A stretch of 64,000 bases of DNA from Eledone cirrhosa (GCA_964016885.1 OZ024756.1:6820001-6884000), one strand, 5' to 3'; positions 1 through 14,713 are shown, counted from the first letter of the stretch. Program-made: numbers and translations. Notes: generated by a model from the letters alone, not told the origin.

Positions 1-58
<58 letters not shown>

Positions 59-140
59 ATACTCACAGACACACACACACACACACACACAAAGAGACAC
101 ACAGGCGTACACACGTCTGTATTTGTGTGTGTGTGTATAT

Positions 141-188
<48 letters not shown>

Positions 189-235
189 TTAAAAAAATAT
201 ATATAGTGAAAGACTGAAAAAATAATATGGTCAAC

Positions 236-886
236 AGTACAAAAAGGGTTTCATTTACAGTATTAACAATTGTTTCACTGATTAAGTTGTTTAAAAATTG
301 CTAATCACTTGAAGTCGTGTCACTCAATTTTAAATACGATGTATACTTAACAAAATCATCAGAGAAACTGATGATTTGGTTAAGTATACATTTGTATTTA
401 AAATTGAATGACACAACTTCAAATGATTATCAGATTTTAGACAACTTAATCAGTGAAACAATTGTTAATACTGTAAATAAAACCCTTTTTGTACGATAAA
501 ACCCTTTTTGTGTGTATGACTGACACTCATACACACACACACACATATATACACATATATATGTGTATATAAATACACATATACACATACATATACACAT
601 ACATACATACGCACATAAATATCAACACATCCATACATACACATATACAAGCACACACACATATATACACACATATATATATGGAAAAATAAATATATAT
701 ATATATACACTCTTTCACTATTATTACTCCAAGATTAACTTGCATAGGAATTCCCGACAACTCACGAACTCGCTACCTAAGGAAAACCTCTTGTTGAGTC
801 AAACAACGCCGTACGCTAAAACTATCCAGAATACGGAGTATTCACAACGTCTAACTGGATTACCTATAACGATAATTTGTTACGCC

Positions 887-887
<1 letters not shown>
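236..887 (+). mobile_element. Penelope-like palindromic element (arms 236-361/368-494) with hammerhead core and 3' tail (710-887), interrupted by an insertion
   Basis: gtacaaaaagggtt...aaccctttttgtac inverted arms; CTGATGA at 368 and GAAAC-AATT-GTT at 455; 710-887 is homologous to the reverse complement of the tail at 29853-30040. Confidence 0.7.
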
Positions 888-952
<65 letters not shown>

Positions 953-1219
953 GAAGTAATTCCGTCGGAAAAGTCCAGGAAAAAAGAGTGCTCTATGTAG
1001 GTAACAGAGCTTAATAGTTATGTAATAAACAACATAAAGCAATTATTACATTTACCAGTGGTTTCTTAAAAGCAAAAAAATTTGCTTTCATTCCTCAGAA
1101 GGAAAAAATCCTGGTCTGTTTATTAAATTTGGATTTTAAAAACAAAAATGCAATCTATATGAAAGTGAGGCTTGAGAAAGAAGAAGGAAAGGAAAAATGA
1201 AATAAAACCACACATGCAA

Positions 1220-1250
<31 letters not shown>

Positions 1251-1259
1251 CAAAAGCAT

Positions 1260-1319
<60 letters not shown>

Positions 1320-1323
<4 letters not shown>

Positions 1324-1851
1324 AAATAACGAAACGAAATTAAATTTCGTTTCGCTTCTAACTCACTTTTGTATGACTGACGCTTAAACAATTAAGTTAA
1401 AGTGTACATCTACATATGTATACGGAAGTACTAGTATGCATATAAATACACACATGTATACATATGTACATGTACCGAGTTTTTCACTAGACACTTTACA
1501 GTGAGTGTCCAGCTAGTCTGTATGTAAACAAACAGACGAACCGGGTTTTAAAGTCATACGAGTGTTCAAGGAAACACACTTCCTCTATTCTCCAGAGAGC
1601 CAGACAGGAATATTGGACTAGTTTCGATGTTATTACATCTCATCAGCAATATTTACCTATCTTCCGGCTTCTCTGGAGAATTGTAAAAGCACATATCGTT
1701 ATATGCTTTTTCTATGAAAATCAGTAGTGGGCAGACTAACTTGCATAGAACGTGAGTCATTGTACGCGCCGGTTCAGCGGAAACGATAAAAACAAATAAC
1801 GAAACGAAATTAAATTTCGTTTCGCTTCTAACTCACTTTTGTATGACTGAC
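1320..1851 (-). mobile_element. About 470-bp hammerhead-containing unit with terminal direct repeat (pLTR/retrozyme-like)
   Basis: aacaaataacgaaacgaaattaaatttcgtttcgcttctaactcacttttgtatgactgac at 1321 and 1791; internal hammerhead; homologous to 24250-24760. Confidence 0.7.
1609..1653 (-). ncRNA. Minimal type I hammerhead ribozyme
   Basis: Minus strand: aatattg CTGATGA gatgt-aata-acatc GAAAC ta GTC caatatt; perfect stems I and II, GUC triplet; stem I extends via tctccagag/ctctggaga. Confidence 0.9.
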
Positions 1852-2041
1852 ACTCATACACACACACACACATATATACACATATATATGTGTATATAAA
1901 TACACATATACACATACATATACACATACATACATACGCACATAAATATCAACACATCCATACATACACATATACAACCACACACACATATATACACACA
2001 TATATATATGGAAAAATAAATATATATATACATATATATAT

Positions 2042-2119
<78 letters not shown>

Positions 2120-2348
2120 GCATACACATACATAGCTATACACACATACATATACATACATACATACATGCACGTCGGGGTCAAACAATTTCCTATATAC
2201 ATATATAATATACACATATATATAAACCGATTACGCACACACGTGTCCCTGTGTTTAACTATTATTAACTTTGCCTTTAATTATTGAGGGGTCGACTAAA
2301 TAAAGTACCAGTAATAAACTGTCCTTGTGTCTAGAGGAGAAATCATTG

Positions 2349-2409
2349 CTAGTAGTAGAAGTGGTAGTAGTATTAGTAGTAGTAGTAGTAGCAGTATTAG
2401 TAGTAGTAA

Positions 2410-2462
<53 letters not shown>

Positions 2463-2517
2463 ATGGTGGTGGTAGTAGTTGTAGTAGTAGAAGTAGTAGT
2501 AGTAGTAGTAGTAGTAA

Positions 2518-2570
<53 letters not shown>

Positions 2571-2685
2571 ATGGTAGTAGTGGTAGTAGTAGTAGTAGTA
2601 GTAGTAGTAATAGTAGTAGTAGTAGTAGTAGCAGTAGTATTAGTAGCAGTAGTATTAGTAGTAGTAGTAGTAGTAGTAATAGTAA

Positions 2686-2717
<32 letters not shown>

Positions 2718-3190
2718 CTAGTAGTCGTAGTAGTAGTAGCAGCCATTTTCTACTTACCCACCACGACAATGTCACCAGTAGCCAACTCTACCACTACCAC
2801 TACCACCATCACCACCACCAACACCACTCCCCCTACCCCAACCACCACTACTACCACCACCACCACCACCACCCAAATACTATCCCCCCCCAACACCACC
2901 ACCACAATTTCAGCAGTAGCCAACTATACCACCACCACAATATTACCAGTAGCCAACTCTACTACCATCACCATCACCACCACCACCACCACCACAATGT
3001 CACCAGTAGCCAAATCTACTACCACCACTATAACTACCACCACCAACACCACCAACACCAACACTACCACCACCACCACCACCACCACCACCTCCACCAC
3101 TATTACTACCACCACCACTACCACCACTACCACCGCCATCACTATCCCCACCGCCCTCACCCCACCACCACCACCACCACCACCACCATT
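2349..3190. repeat. (TAG)n followed by (CAC)n trinucleotide low-complexity tract
   Basis: Direct inspection; explains the poly-T/V/S/H ORFs. Confidence 0.95.
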
Positions 3191-3663
3191 ATCTAGTTAC
3201 CCATCACTCCCAGTAAATATATTTTATGAAGGTTTATCAACTTGACAATCTGCAGTGGTTCAGTTTATATAAATCTACGTTAAAACCCTTCATTTATAAG
3301 AGCTACTTGTTCCTTACCGGGAATCTAGTCTAAATAAACACTGTGTGGTCCCCTCAATATAACAAACATTTTAGACTGAACGATGGCTTCTAAGAGAGAA
3401 GACCCCTGAGATGGTTCCTTCCGTTTTAATTAGATTTTGATAATCAGCGGAATTTTTATAGTTAAGTGGTTTTACTAAAACAGACTCAAAATAGCTAACA
3501 AACAAATATAAGGAATATATGAATACGGTACTTTGGGTAACGGTGTATGTGTTGTAGTTTGTGTATACACATACATATAGAGTTATACACACGTAGACTC
3601 ACACACACACGCATGCATATACACACATACACTCATACAAGCACACTATACCCGCCACGCCTG

Positions 3664-3700
<37 letters not shown>

Positions 3701-3771
3701 GCACACGCTCGCCCACATATTTTAATCATATATATATACCCGAAACAAACCCATACAAACACACACATATT

Positions 3772-3818
<47 letters not shown>

Positions 3819-3834
3819 ATATATATTTATATAT

Positions 3835-4014
3835 ACGGGATAGCAAATTATTGTTATAGGTAGTCCAGTTAGGGTACTCCGAGTAGTGGATAGTATTAAG
3901 GCTTGGAGTAATAATTAATCAAGAAAGAAGCGTGACATGGTTTGCTATAAATAAGGGCTTTATTCAATAAAGCCCTTATTGTATAGCAAACCTTATCACT
4001 CTTCTTTCTTGATT

Positions 4015-4020
<6 letters not shown>
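3835..4020 (-). mobile_element. Short palindromic PLE-like element (hairpin about 3910-4020, tail on the left)
   Basis: aatcaagaaagaag...ttctttcttgatt inverted arms; same family as 29853-30625. Confidence 0.7.
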
Positions 4021-4072
<52 letters not shown>

Positions 4073-4952
4073 TAATAAAATAATGAATAAACAAAGAAAC
4101 AGTTCCTTATATTAAAAAAATTCATCATTTTACGATCGTTTCTAGGATATATATGTGTTAGAGTTGGTATGCATATTCTATAGATCTATGTACAATATTT
4201 ATACAAACTATCCGAGGGAATATACATACCTACACATATATATGCTGTCTTCAGAAATAATGATATTTGTTTATTGAAAAAAACAAAGATTCAATACAAT
4301 AGGTCTGTTTGGGAACAGGTTTTGAATTGACCAATAGAGAGATAGTGAGGGTCAGGATAGTCATATAGTAGTAGAAGAACCTTAAATTATGGGTAGAGGA
4401 AGGTAGATTTCAGTTTTGGATGGAAAAGAATATTATCAATGAAGGATTATTTTAGGGAAGAAATAGGTCTTATGCTGACCTCAGAAATAATTTTATTTTT
4501 TCATTGAATAAAACCAACAAAGATCTAATATATTCTGTCTGTTTGGTAAGAGGTTTAGAATTAACCAATAGAAAGTTAATAATTGGCCAAATGGTAAAAT
4601 AGTAGTAACTGAAGCTTATTTTAGGGGTGAAAATAGGTCAGGTGGTCAGTAAAAGTTATACAAGCAGTTGCTGTTATAAAATAGTAATGCTAATACAAAT
4701 ATCAAAGGTGACTAAAGTTTTAAGATGAGAATGTTAGTGAAAAAAATACATCTATGAAAAGAATATAAATTAATTTAATTGATGGGTATATTTATATTGA
4801 TAAAATTATACTAATACATATAGATATGATAAATAAGAGTTAAATGCAGTTGAAAAGTGCTGTTAAAGATGAGGGGAAATTAAAAGAATATAAAAATAAT
4901 ATATATATATATATATACTTATACATATATATATATACATATATATACACAT

Positions 4953-5004
<52 letters not shown>

Positions 5005-5088
5005 TTATATATATATACATATATACATATATATACATATACAGACACACACATACACACATATATATATATACATATACATATAGAT

Positions 5089-5129
<41 letters not shown>

Positions 5130-5746
5130 GACATATACATGCATATATACATACATACACTTACATATACACAAACATATACACTTATATATACACATAT
5201 AATTATTGGGGGGCGGGATTAAATTTATTAGTGAGAAATAGTAAATATATATAGTTTTCAAGGAACATAGAGTCATAACCTGAAGTTAAAGCATTATATA
5301 TGTTTACTTAATGGCATCAGTTTTAGGAAATGATATTTGTAAGAAGGAAAGCAAAATTATGTAGTTCATGAGTAGTAGAATATTAATTATAGGTTGACTA
5401 AATTAAAAATAGTTTATATATTAATTTCTAAAGTGTATATTAATTAGGTTTATAATTTTTAAAGCAGAATTATGTAGTTCATCAGTAGTAGAATATTAAT
5501 TATAGGTTAACTAAATTAAAAATAATTTATAAATTAATTTCTAAAGTGTATATTAATTAGGTTTATAATATTTAAAGGTTTTTCTCAGTTTATGATTACA
5601 CGATATTATTAATTCTTGTCGCTTATTTAATAGGATATCCTTAGATTTCATTATTTCAAAAACTTCTTGGGAACATAATCTACATTCATTTCTACTATTT
5701 TGATAAGGGGTGGCCCTTTTGAGCACACTCCAGGTCAGGTCATATT

Positions 5747-6299
5747 TAAATTCTCCTACTCAACAACCAAAAACATAAAACAAAATATAAGTGCCTATAA
5801 TGCATATAAATGTAAAAAAACCATGAGTATACCACCAGTACATCAAACTAACCATAATATCTCCTCAGATACAGGATTCACGAAAAGTTGTAACTGTAGA
5901 AACAAGGCAACCTGTCCATTAAAAGGAAATTGCCTTGTTAATAACATAGTATATATATGTAAAGTTAACACTAAGCACTCAATTTATTCATATATAGGAG
6001 CTACCTCTAACACATTTAAGGTAAGATTTAATACCCACAAACATAGTTTTAAAAATGCCGCACTAGCTAATACAACATCTCTAGCTGAAATAATAAATAG
6101 TTATAGAAAGAGGAATATAGAATATGACCTGACATGGAGTGTGCTCAAACGGGCCACCCCTTATCAAAATAGTAGAAATGAATGTAGATTATGTTCCCAA
6201 GAAGTTTTTGAAATAATGAAATCTAAGGATATCCTATTAAATAAGCGACAGGAATTAATAATATCGTGTAATCATAAACTGAGAAAAACCTTTAAATAG
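5747..6299 (+). pseudogene. C-terminal GIY-YIG endonuclease fragment of a Penelope-like element
   Basis: CNCRNKATCPLKGNC, IVYICKV...YIGAT, FKVRFNTHKHSF, CRLC..E, LLNKRQEL motifs of PLE GIY-YIG domains; the ORF N-terminus derives from the inverted arm. Confidence 0.88.
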
Positions 6300-6736
6300 T
6301 ATAAACCTAATTAATATACACTTTAGAAATGAATTTATAAATTATTTTTAATTTAGTTAACCTATAATTAATATTCTACTACTGATGAACTACATAATTC
6401 TGCTTTAAAAATTATAAACCTAATTAATATACACTTTAGAAATTAATATATAAACTATTTTTAATTTAGTCAACCTATAATTAATATTCTACTACTCATG
6501 AACTACATAATTTTGCTTTCCTTCTTACAAATATAATTTCATAAAACTGATACCATTAAGTAAACATATATAATGCTTTAACTTCAGGTTATGACTCTAT
6601 GTTCCTTGAAAACTATATATATTTACTATTTTTCACTAATAAATTTAATCCCCCCCCCAATAATTATATGTGTATATATAAGTGTATATGTGTGTGTATA
6701 TGTAAGTGTATGTATGTATATATGCATGTATATGTC

Positions 6737-6779
<43 letters not shown>

Positions 6780-6830
6780 ATGTATATGTATATGTATATA
6801 TATATATATGTGTGTGTATGTGTGTGTCTG

Positions 6831-6897
<67 letters not shown>

Positions 6898-7586
6898 ATG
6901 TGTATATATATGTATATATATATATGTATAAGTATATATATATATATATATTATTTTTATATTCTTTTAATTTCCCCTCATCTTTAACAGCACTTTTCAA
7001 CTGCATCTAACTCTTATTTATCATATCTATATGTATTAGTATAACTTTATCAATATAAATATACCCATCAATTAAATTAATTTATATTCTTTTCATAGAT
7101 GTATTTTTTTCACTAACATTCTTATCTTAAAACTTTAGTCACCTTTGATATTTGTATTGGCATTACTATTTTATAACAACAACTGCTTGTATACCTTTTA
7201 CTGACCACCTGACCTATTTTCACCCCTAAAATAAGCTTCAATTACTACTATTTTACCATTTGGCCAATTATTAACTTTCTATTGGTTAATTCTAAACCTC
7301 TTACCAAACAGACAGAATATATTATATCTTTGTTGGTTTTATTCAATGAAAAAATAAAATTATTTCTGAGGTCAGCATAAGATCTATTTCTTCCCTAAAA
7401 TAATCCTTCATTCATAATATTCTTTTCCATCCAAAACTGAAATCTACCTTCCTCTGCCCATAATTTAAGGTTCTTCTACTACTATATTACTATCCTGACC
7501 CTCACTATCTCTCTATTGGTCAATTCAAAACCTGTTCCCAAACAGACCTATTGTATTGAATCTTTGTTTTTTTCAATAAACAAATA

Positions 7587-7728
7587 TCATTATTTCTGAA
7601 GACAGCATATATATGTGTAGGTATGTATATTCCCTCGGATAGTCTGTATAAATATTGTACATAGATCTATAGAATATGCATACCAACTCTAATACATATA
7701 TATCCTAGAAACTATCGTAAAATGATGA
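7587..7728 (+). ncRNA. Type I hammerhead-like motif in the PLE 3' region (mirror copy on the minus strand at about 4122-4263)
   Basis: tcattattt CTGAAGA ...long stem II... GAAAC tatc GTA aaatgatga; the base of stem II is imperfect. Confidence 0.65.
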
Positions 7729-7914
7729 ATTTTTTTAATATAAGGAACTGTTTCTTTGTTTATTCATTATTTTATTAATTTATCTTGACTCTGTTTTCCG
7801 TTTATTTTTCACCGAAAGCAGTTTTTGAATGCATCTTCTCTTTTCATGATATCCGAATTACATTGAGTTCTTCATACGGATTGGACACTACCGTAAACTT
7901 TTGGTAGATTTATC

Positions 7915-8030
<116 letters not shown>

Positions 8031-8096
8031 TATATATGTATATATATATGTATATATATATATATTTATTCAGACTAGATTATTATAATAATGCTT

Positions 8097-8746
8097 TAAT
8101 TATAATTAGTATATTTCATTCTAGCTAACTTAATTTCTTTTACAATATAAACACAGATATGTTGGTATTTGTGTTTCATCATATATATTAATTTATATTT
8201 ACATGTATTATTCGGCTCAGAAATATTTTTTTCTTTGAGCTTTTTCATTGTAAAGCAATGCTTGAGTTCTGAACTCAATACACTTAATATAATTGCTCCT
8301 TAGGTTGAGCTGATAGTAGCCCAATATATACGGCTGTTATTTCTAGCCGTACGAGTATGGAGCTGGCTAGAAACTGTAAAACCATGTGCGTTAAACAGTC
8401 TTTTAAAATATTTTGATGTGAAGCATATCAATTTGTTCTGGGTGTTTACTGATGTGAACAGGACAAGATATCCTACACTTATTTATCTCGAAACAGATTT
8501 GGATTTTAAAGTTTAAACTTATCTACGGAACAGGTTTGATTTTGAAATTTAAATTTGTCTAAACACCATGGCCATTTGCCAATACTGTTTGTTTTTGTTG
8601 ATTTATTATTTTAAATCCATATAGGCAAGCTGTAATATTATAATTAGTACATTTCATTCCAGCTAACTTAATTTCTTTTACAATATAAACACAGATATGT
8701 TGGTATTTGTGTTTCATCATATATATTAATTTATATTTACATGTAT
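8097..8746 (+). mobile_element. About 538-bp unit with about 105-bp terminal direct repeat (pLTR-like), related to 21840-22509
   Basis: tataattagta...tttacatgta at 8101 and 8639; degenerate ctgatg...gaaac inside. Confidence 0.6.
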
Positions 8747-8770
8747 AAATATATATATATATATATATAC

Positions 8771-9097
8771 TAATAAAAGGAATTCTAACTTTGTCTGATT
8801 TACTCGTTTTATTTACAATCCTTTAAAATTATAATGATATTATAATGAAATAGTATGGTAGAATATTAAATGTTAAGTGTTAATTGAACAAGTACTTTCA
8901 TGTTTCGCAAACTTCAGGTTCATTTCAGATTGCGAAACATGAAGTACTTGTTCAATTAACACTTAACATTTAATATTCTACCATACTATTTAATTATAAT
9001 ATCATTATAATTTTAAAGGATTGTAAATAAAATGAGTAAATCAGACAAGGTTGGAATTCCTTTATTATCTTCTATACACAATCTTACACACGCGTCT
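8771..9097 (+). mobile_element. Palindromic PLE-like element (arms 8771-8911/8934-9067, short tail)
   Basis: taataaaaggaattc...gaattcctttatta inverted arms; 3' hammerhead half GAAAC..GTA. Confidence 0.7.
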
Positions 9098-9217
9098 ATA
9101 TTTATATTTATATATAAGTGAGGAAAAAACTTCGACAATGGATGGGGTCCGCTTGGATTAATATTCTCCAAAACCCGTATGACTCCACGAGAGTTACGAA
9201 ATCATGTATATATATAT

Positions 9218-9815
9218 AATAAATGTAATCTGAGTTTTTCGAATATTAATAATTCTTTCTTATACAAGGCCAGCAATTTTGGGGGAGGGGAAAGTCGAGT
9301 AAATCGACCCCAGTGCGATGAAAGGCAAAGTTAACCTCGGCGGGATTTGAACTCAGATCATAAAGGGGCTTAAATCTATGCTGCAAAGCATGGCGGCTGA
9401 CCTTATACCGATACTGCCAATCCACCGCCCTTCGAATATTAATAAAAACATTCGATTTGTTTACAATTATGCAAACAAGCCTCAATTTTTTAGCCATGTC
9501 AGCAGAATGAACACTTCATTCTTGCTCTTATGTTGGCATGCGAACAGAACTGCAGACACTAATATTTCATCAGTACAGCTCACTATTCACCGGCCAAACA
9601 GTGACAGATCGGCATGATTTGCATATTAGCAGACTGGCTGATCATTCAGATCTGCATATTAGCAGATCCACTGATCAGCTAGACTTGCATATCAGCAGAC
9701 TGGCATGGCTATAACATTGAGGCTTGTTTGCATAATTGCAAACAAATCGAATGTCATTATTAATATTCGAAAAACTCAGATTACATTTATTGTATTCAGC
9801 CATGTAGAGCGAACA
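9218..9815 (+). mobile_element. Palindromic element with a SINE inserted in the left arm
   Basis: ataaatgtaatctgag...ctcagattacatttat inverted arms, tail 9791-9815. Confidence 0.7.
9253..9430 (-). mobile_element. tRNA-derived SINE (family A) with 15-bp TSD
   Basis: A box tggcagtatcgg, B box gagttcaaatcc; TSD ttcgaatattaataa at 9238 and 9431. Confidence 0.9.
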
Positions 9816-9857
9816 TTTTTTTTATATATATAAGTTAATGCCATGATGGCGATATAT

Positions 9858-10036
9858 ATATGTTTGTGTCTATATTATATCTGTATTTTTGACCGTTGGT
9901 CAGTCAATGGTAAACACAGAGGACCGAATAAATTAACTGATATAAAAGATACAGAAGCGAAAACCAACCAAACAGTGAGTTGTTCTGTTATTAATTCTGG
10001 CAATATTATTACAACAATATGACCCTCCCCAAGTAT

Positions 10037-10041
<5 letters not shown>
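9858..10041 (+). mobile_element. Interspersed repeat 3' end (other copies 30645-30820 minus and 60925-61178)
   Basis: Shared sequence ending in atatgaccctccccaagtataacaa, adjacent to (TA)n. Confidence 0.7.
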
Positions 10042-10090
<49 letters not shown>

Positions 10091-10099
<9 letters not shown>

Positions 10100-10634
10100 T
10101 AAACAAATAATGAATAAACAATTCCTTATATTAAACAAAAAAAGTTCATTATTTAACGATCGTTTCTAGGATATATATGTGTTAGAATTGGTATGCATAT
10201 TCAACAGATCTATGTACAAAATTATACAAAATTATACAAATTATCAAGATTAAATATACATACCAAACACATATATACGCCGTCTTCAGAAATAATTATT
10301 ATTTCTGAAGACGGCGTATATATGTGTTTGGTATGTATATTTAATCTTGATAATTTGTATAATTTTGTATAATTTTGTACATAGATCTGTTGAATATGCA
10401 TACCAATTCTAACACATATATATCCTAGAAACGATCGTTAAATAATGAACTTTTTTTGTTTAATATAAGGAATTGTTTATTCATTATTTGTTTAATATTT
10501 TATCTTGACTCTGTATACCGTTTATCTTTCACCGAAAGTGATTTTTCATTACATCTCTTCTTTCCATGATATCCGGAATACATTGAGTTCTTCATACGGA
10601 TTGGACACTACCGTAAACTCTTGGTAGATTTATC

Positions 10635-10638
<4 letters not shown>
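10091..10638 (+). mobile_element. Perfect hairpin (centre 10297) plus tail; short copy of the 4067-7918 Penelope 3' end
   Basis: About 205-bp arms with a 1-nt loop; CTGAAGA at 10305, GAAAC-GATC-GTT at 10428; tail matches 7784-7918. Confidence 0.88.
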
Positions 10639-10711
<73 letters not shown>

Positions 10712-10712
<1 letters not shown>

Positions 10713-11158
10713 CAATATTAATAAATGGAAACTATATTTATAAAATCATAATTATTTTATATATATTTCAAGGGCGACCAAGGTAAATTATGGTGTGCTT
10801 TCATCAGATAAAATACAGATTCGTTTTATTAATAAATATTGACTTACCCGGAAAAAGGAAAACCTCAACGGTTGAAATTCGCTGACTATCCCGCGAATTT
10901 CAACCGTTGAGGTTGTCTTTTTTCCGGGTATGTCAATATTCATTTATAAAACAAATCTGTATTTTATCTGATGAAAGCGCACCATAATTTACCTTGGTCG
11001 CCCTTGAAATATATATAATAAAATAATTATGGTTTTATAAATATAGTTTCCATTTATTAATATATTGTATATTTACTCCACTAAAAGTTGAGTGCTTTAT
11101 ATCAGTTATAAAAATGTTTAAGCTTGTTGAATCCCAACAAATTAAATATAACACCTTC
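10712..11158 (+). mobile_element. Palindrome + tail PLE-like element (family G)
   Basis: Arms about 10715-10882/10892-11063; homologues at 24867, 28993, 60243 and 63870. Confidence 0.85.
10960..11025 (+). ncRNA. Minimal type I hammerhead ribozyme (family G)
   Basis: tattttat CTGATGA aagcgcacca..tggtcgccctt GAAA tatat ATA ataaaata; 8-bp stem I. Confidence 0.8.
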
Positions 11159-11257
11159 ATATATATATATGTATATATAACAATATATATATATATCCGT
11201 ATGTGGTTGATGCCTTAATATCCTTAATATAAGGAATATATATACACGTACAACATA

Positions 11258-11433
11258 ATTGTTTCTATTTTAGGCACAAGGCCAGCAATTACCCAGTACA
11301 TTACTGGTACTTTATTTTATCGACCCCGTAAGGATGAAAGGCAAAGTTAACCTCGACTGGATTTGAACTCAAATCGTAAAGGGACGTAACTATGCTGGAA
11401 AGCATGTCCGACGCTCTACCGATACTGCCAAAT
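11258..11433 (-). mobile_element. tRNA-derived SINE (family A)
   Basis: Reverse complement of the 45215 copy; A and B boxes. Confidence 0.88.
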
Positions 11434-12212
11434 CACATCATAATGAGCCACGCTGGATATTTAAAACGATATACGCATCTTCTCAAGAGGCGTGTGTTGA
11501 TTTTTTTGTGTTGCTGTGTTTCAATGTATAAATGTGATACGTATGTAGTAAGTAGCAACATGTAAGTCGAGCGGAATTGTGGAATTAGCTCTCTTTAGCA
11601 GAAAGGTGGTCTTTACCAGTCTTATTACACACACACACACACACAGAGATATATACACACACAGACACACAGACATGTACACACACAGACACAGACTCAC
11701 ACACACACACACACAAACACACACACAGAAGGATGCTAAAATGTGGTAGAAAATGGAAGACTAAAAGAGATTTAGTAGACCGAAGAAAGGGTAGTTGTTA
11801 TTTGGAGAAGCGGTCTCGTATTATTTGAAATATTGCACATTCTTGCAAGTCTTGATTAATGTCACTGCTGACAATTATTTGCCAGTTTCGAATTTAGGAA
11901 GAACTACTAAGCAATTTGCTGCCCCGTTTATGTTTTATATAAATGGATTTTCACGAAAAGATACGTTACGTTGTAAGGCTCTTATAAGCCATTTCTTAGA
12001 AGCCGACAACCCCAACTTACCGAAATAAAAAAAAATGCTACTTACCTTGGTCGTTAGAGCTCAGTTCTGTAATCCATGTAATCTTTTGAAAGATTCTTCA
12101 TGATAGGTCATAGGAAGTTGTCAGTACGGTGGAGTATTGAGTTAGGACGTTAGTAGGATATTATGTAGTATATATAGATGGATAGAGAGAGAAAGAGAGA
12201 GAGAGAGAGAAA

Positions 12213-12265
<53 letters not shown>

Positions 12266-12909
12266 AAAAAAGAACGACAGAAAGAAAGAAAAAAGATAGA
12301 AAGAAGGAATTAAAGAAAGAAAGAGAGAATGAAAGTAATAAAGAAAGAGAGAAAGAGAGATAAAAAAAAGAGAGAAAGAGAGAGGGAGAGAAAGAAAGAA
12401 AGAGAAAGAGAGAGGGAAAGACATGATCTATGTGTATTACGTGACGCACGTTTCTACAACGCTCAGGATTACGTAACACTATGTAACAAAAGAGCTTCAC
12501 CCCTTAGATAATAGCGCTCAGACTATAGAAAACACTGACTGTATTAAAACCTATCTGTCGAGAAAAGGAATTAGTTTCAATCTATATATTCTATTCACCA
12601 ATATTCGACCAGGCATAGAAAGTAGTACTCGAAAGATGTCTGAAGAGGGTTTAACTGTTCTGCTAAGAACACTTCACGTTTGGCATAAACATGTAACCAG
12701 AATTTTATGTATTGAAAAAATGGCAAAAATAAAATATCTATAGAATGTTAAGATTTCGAATAGACACAATTATTATTATCATACGTATTTAAGTCTCATT
12801 AAATATTGGAATTGAAATGGCATTACTCCAAATTTTTATTTAAGACATCAATCTGAAGTGCCTGGAAGTAAGTTTCTTCTAGCATATGTGTGTGCGTGCG
12901 CGCTAATGT

Positions 12910-12962
<53 letters not shown>

Positions 12963-13619
12963 GGAGGTGAAATGCGCATAATAAAATACTTGAAACTCTT
13001 TTAACCATCTTTTGATCTTATATATATATATGTATATAAATACGTATGTATGTGTGCGCGTATGTACCTATGTATGTATGTATGTATATATGCATACATA
13101 TATGTGTATGTTTATATATATGTGTATATATATGTGTGTGTGTATGTATGTAAAATGGCTGCTGAGAGACAAGTTAAGTTCAATTGACATAGTGGAAGAT
13201 AAACAATGAGGAAACAAACAAGAAATTCATTGAGATATCTTGTCGATTTAATAATTAATAATCGGGAAAATGTGCAGACGACATAACTTTAATTTCGTTA
13301 GTTTAAGTGTCATTGAAGTATTAAACAAATATCCGGTTTACCGGAAGTTGAAATAATTGGGTTATTTTTACATCATGTATTCATTGCTTATAAAGAGTGA
13401 CAAAAGAGATCGTACTAGATTTAAAGATATTGGACGAGATTTAAAAACATTGATAGACCTTGAAAGGATCCTTAGAATACAATGCCACGTCGATCTCTTC
13501 CTTCACTGTGTATGGAAACAAGTTCAGTCTAATAAGTAAAGGTATTTTGGGTTAATATTCTATGATAAAAACGTCACTTGTTTGTGTACCTGTAAATGGA
13601 GCGGGCAGTGCTTTATTCG

Positions 13620-14030
13620 AGCGAAATCTGGAAGAGCACGGCAAAGATAGAAAGACGGTTGAACACAGACTACCAACGGTACCTGTGAAGGACCCTTCGT
13701 TTGTCTTGGCGCGACCGAGTATGAAATGAGGAAATCCTGCGAAAGGCAGAATCGTGGAAGCTACAATACATGGTCAAGTAGAGCAGGTGCCGGCTGGTTG
13801 GACACATTCTGTGCCTGCTCAAAGAGCGACACTCGAAAACAGAGATGAACTGGACTCCCCCTGACAGCAAACGGAAGCGGGTTGCCCCAGGATTACTTGG
13901 CGACGAACGTTCCAAAAAGACCTGGTGGAAGTCATTATGACTTGGCACGGAGGCGGAAAAACCGTCGCTAATCGTGATCGTTGGCCACCACTTACTGCTC
14001 GATGGACAAAAGGCGCGGAAGTACCTAACA
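13620..14030 (+). mobile_element. Degenerate RTE-clade LINE 3' fragment
   Basis: Translates QRYL*RTLRLSWRDRV*NEEILRKA, then LVGHIL and KRKR-G-PR-TWRRT, the typical RTE C-terminus. Confidence 0.75.
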
Positions 14031-14396
14031 CTGAAAGTAGGAAATGGAATATTGAATCGTTGCTCAGGAGACGCTTTATAAGTAAGAATGAACAGTAAAA
14101 TGTGAGCCTCATTTCAAACTCTTCATTAAGTGTTGTATGTTAGTAATGAAACATAAATATATATGATTTATGTATGAGTCACGGATATATAAATATATAT
14201 ATATATATATATTAGAATTGTTGCTCTGAAATAGCTATATATATATGAATGTATATATAGTGTATTTTGCAATACATTGTATGCTTCATAAAAAGCATTT
14301 TGAAGACCTTATGCTATTGTCTTAGAGAAGTGACAGACTCACTTACTTTAATTTCAGCAAACAAGGGGAGATAAAGCTGATATATATATATGTTAT

Positions 14397-14482
<86 letters not shown>

Positions 14483-14492
14483 ATAACATATA

Positions 14493-14557
<65 letters not shown>

Positions 14558-14586
14558 AACATATATATATGTATATATATATATTT

Positions 14587-14713
<127 letters not shown>

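Noticed and set aside
2255-3245. Mucin-like poly-Thr/Ser ORFs
   Set aside because: Trinucleotide tracts open in several frames on both strands, with no domain or splice evidence
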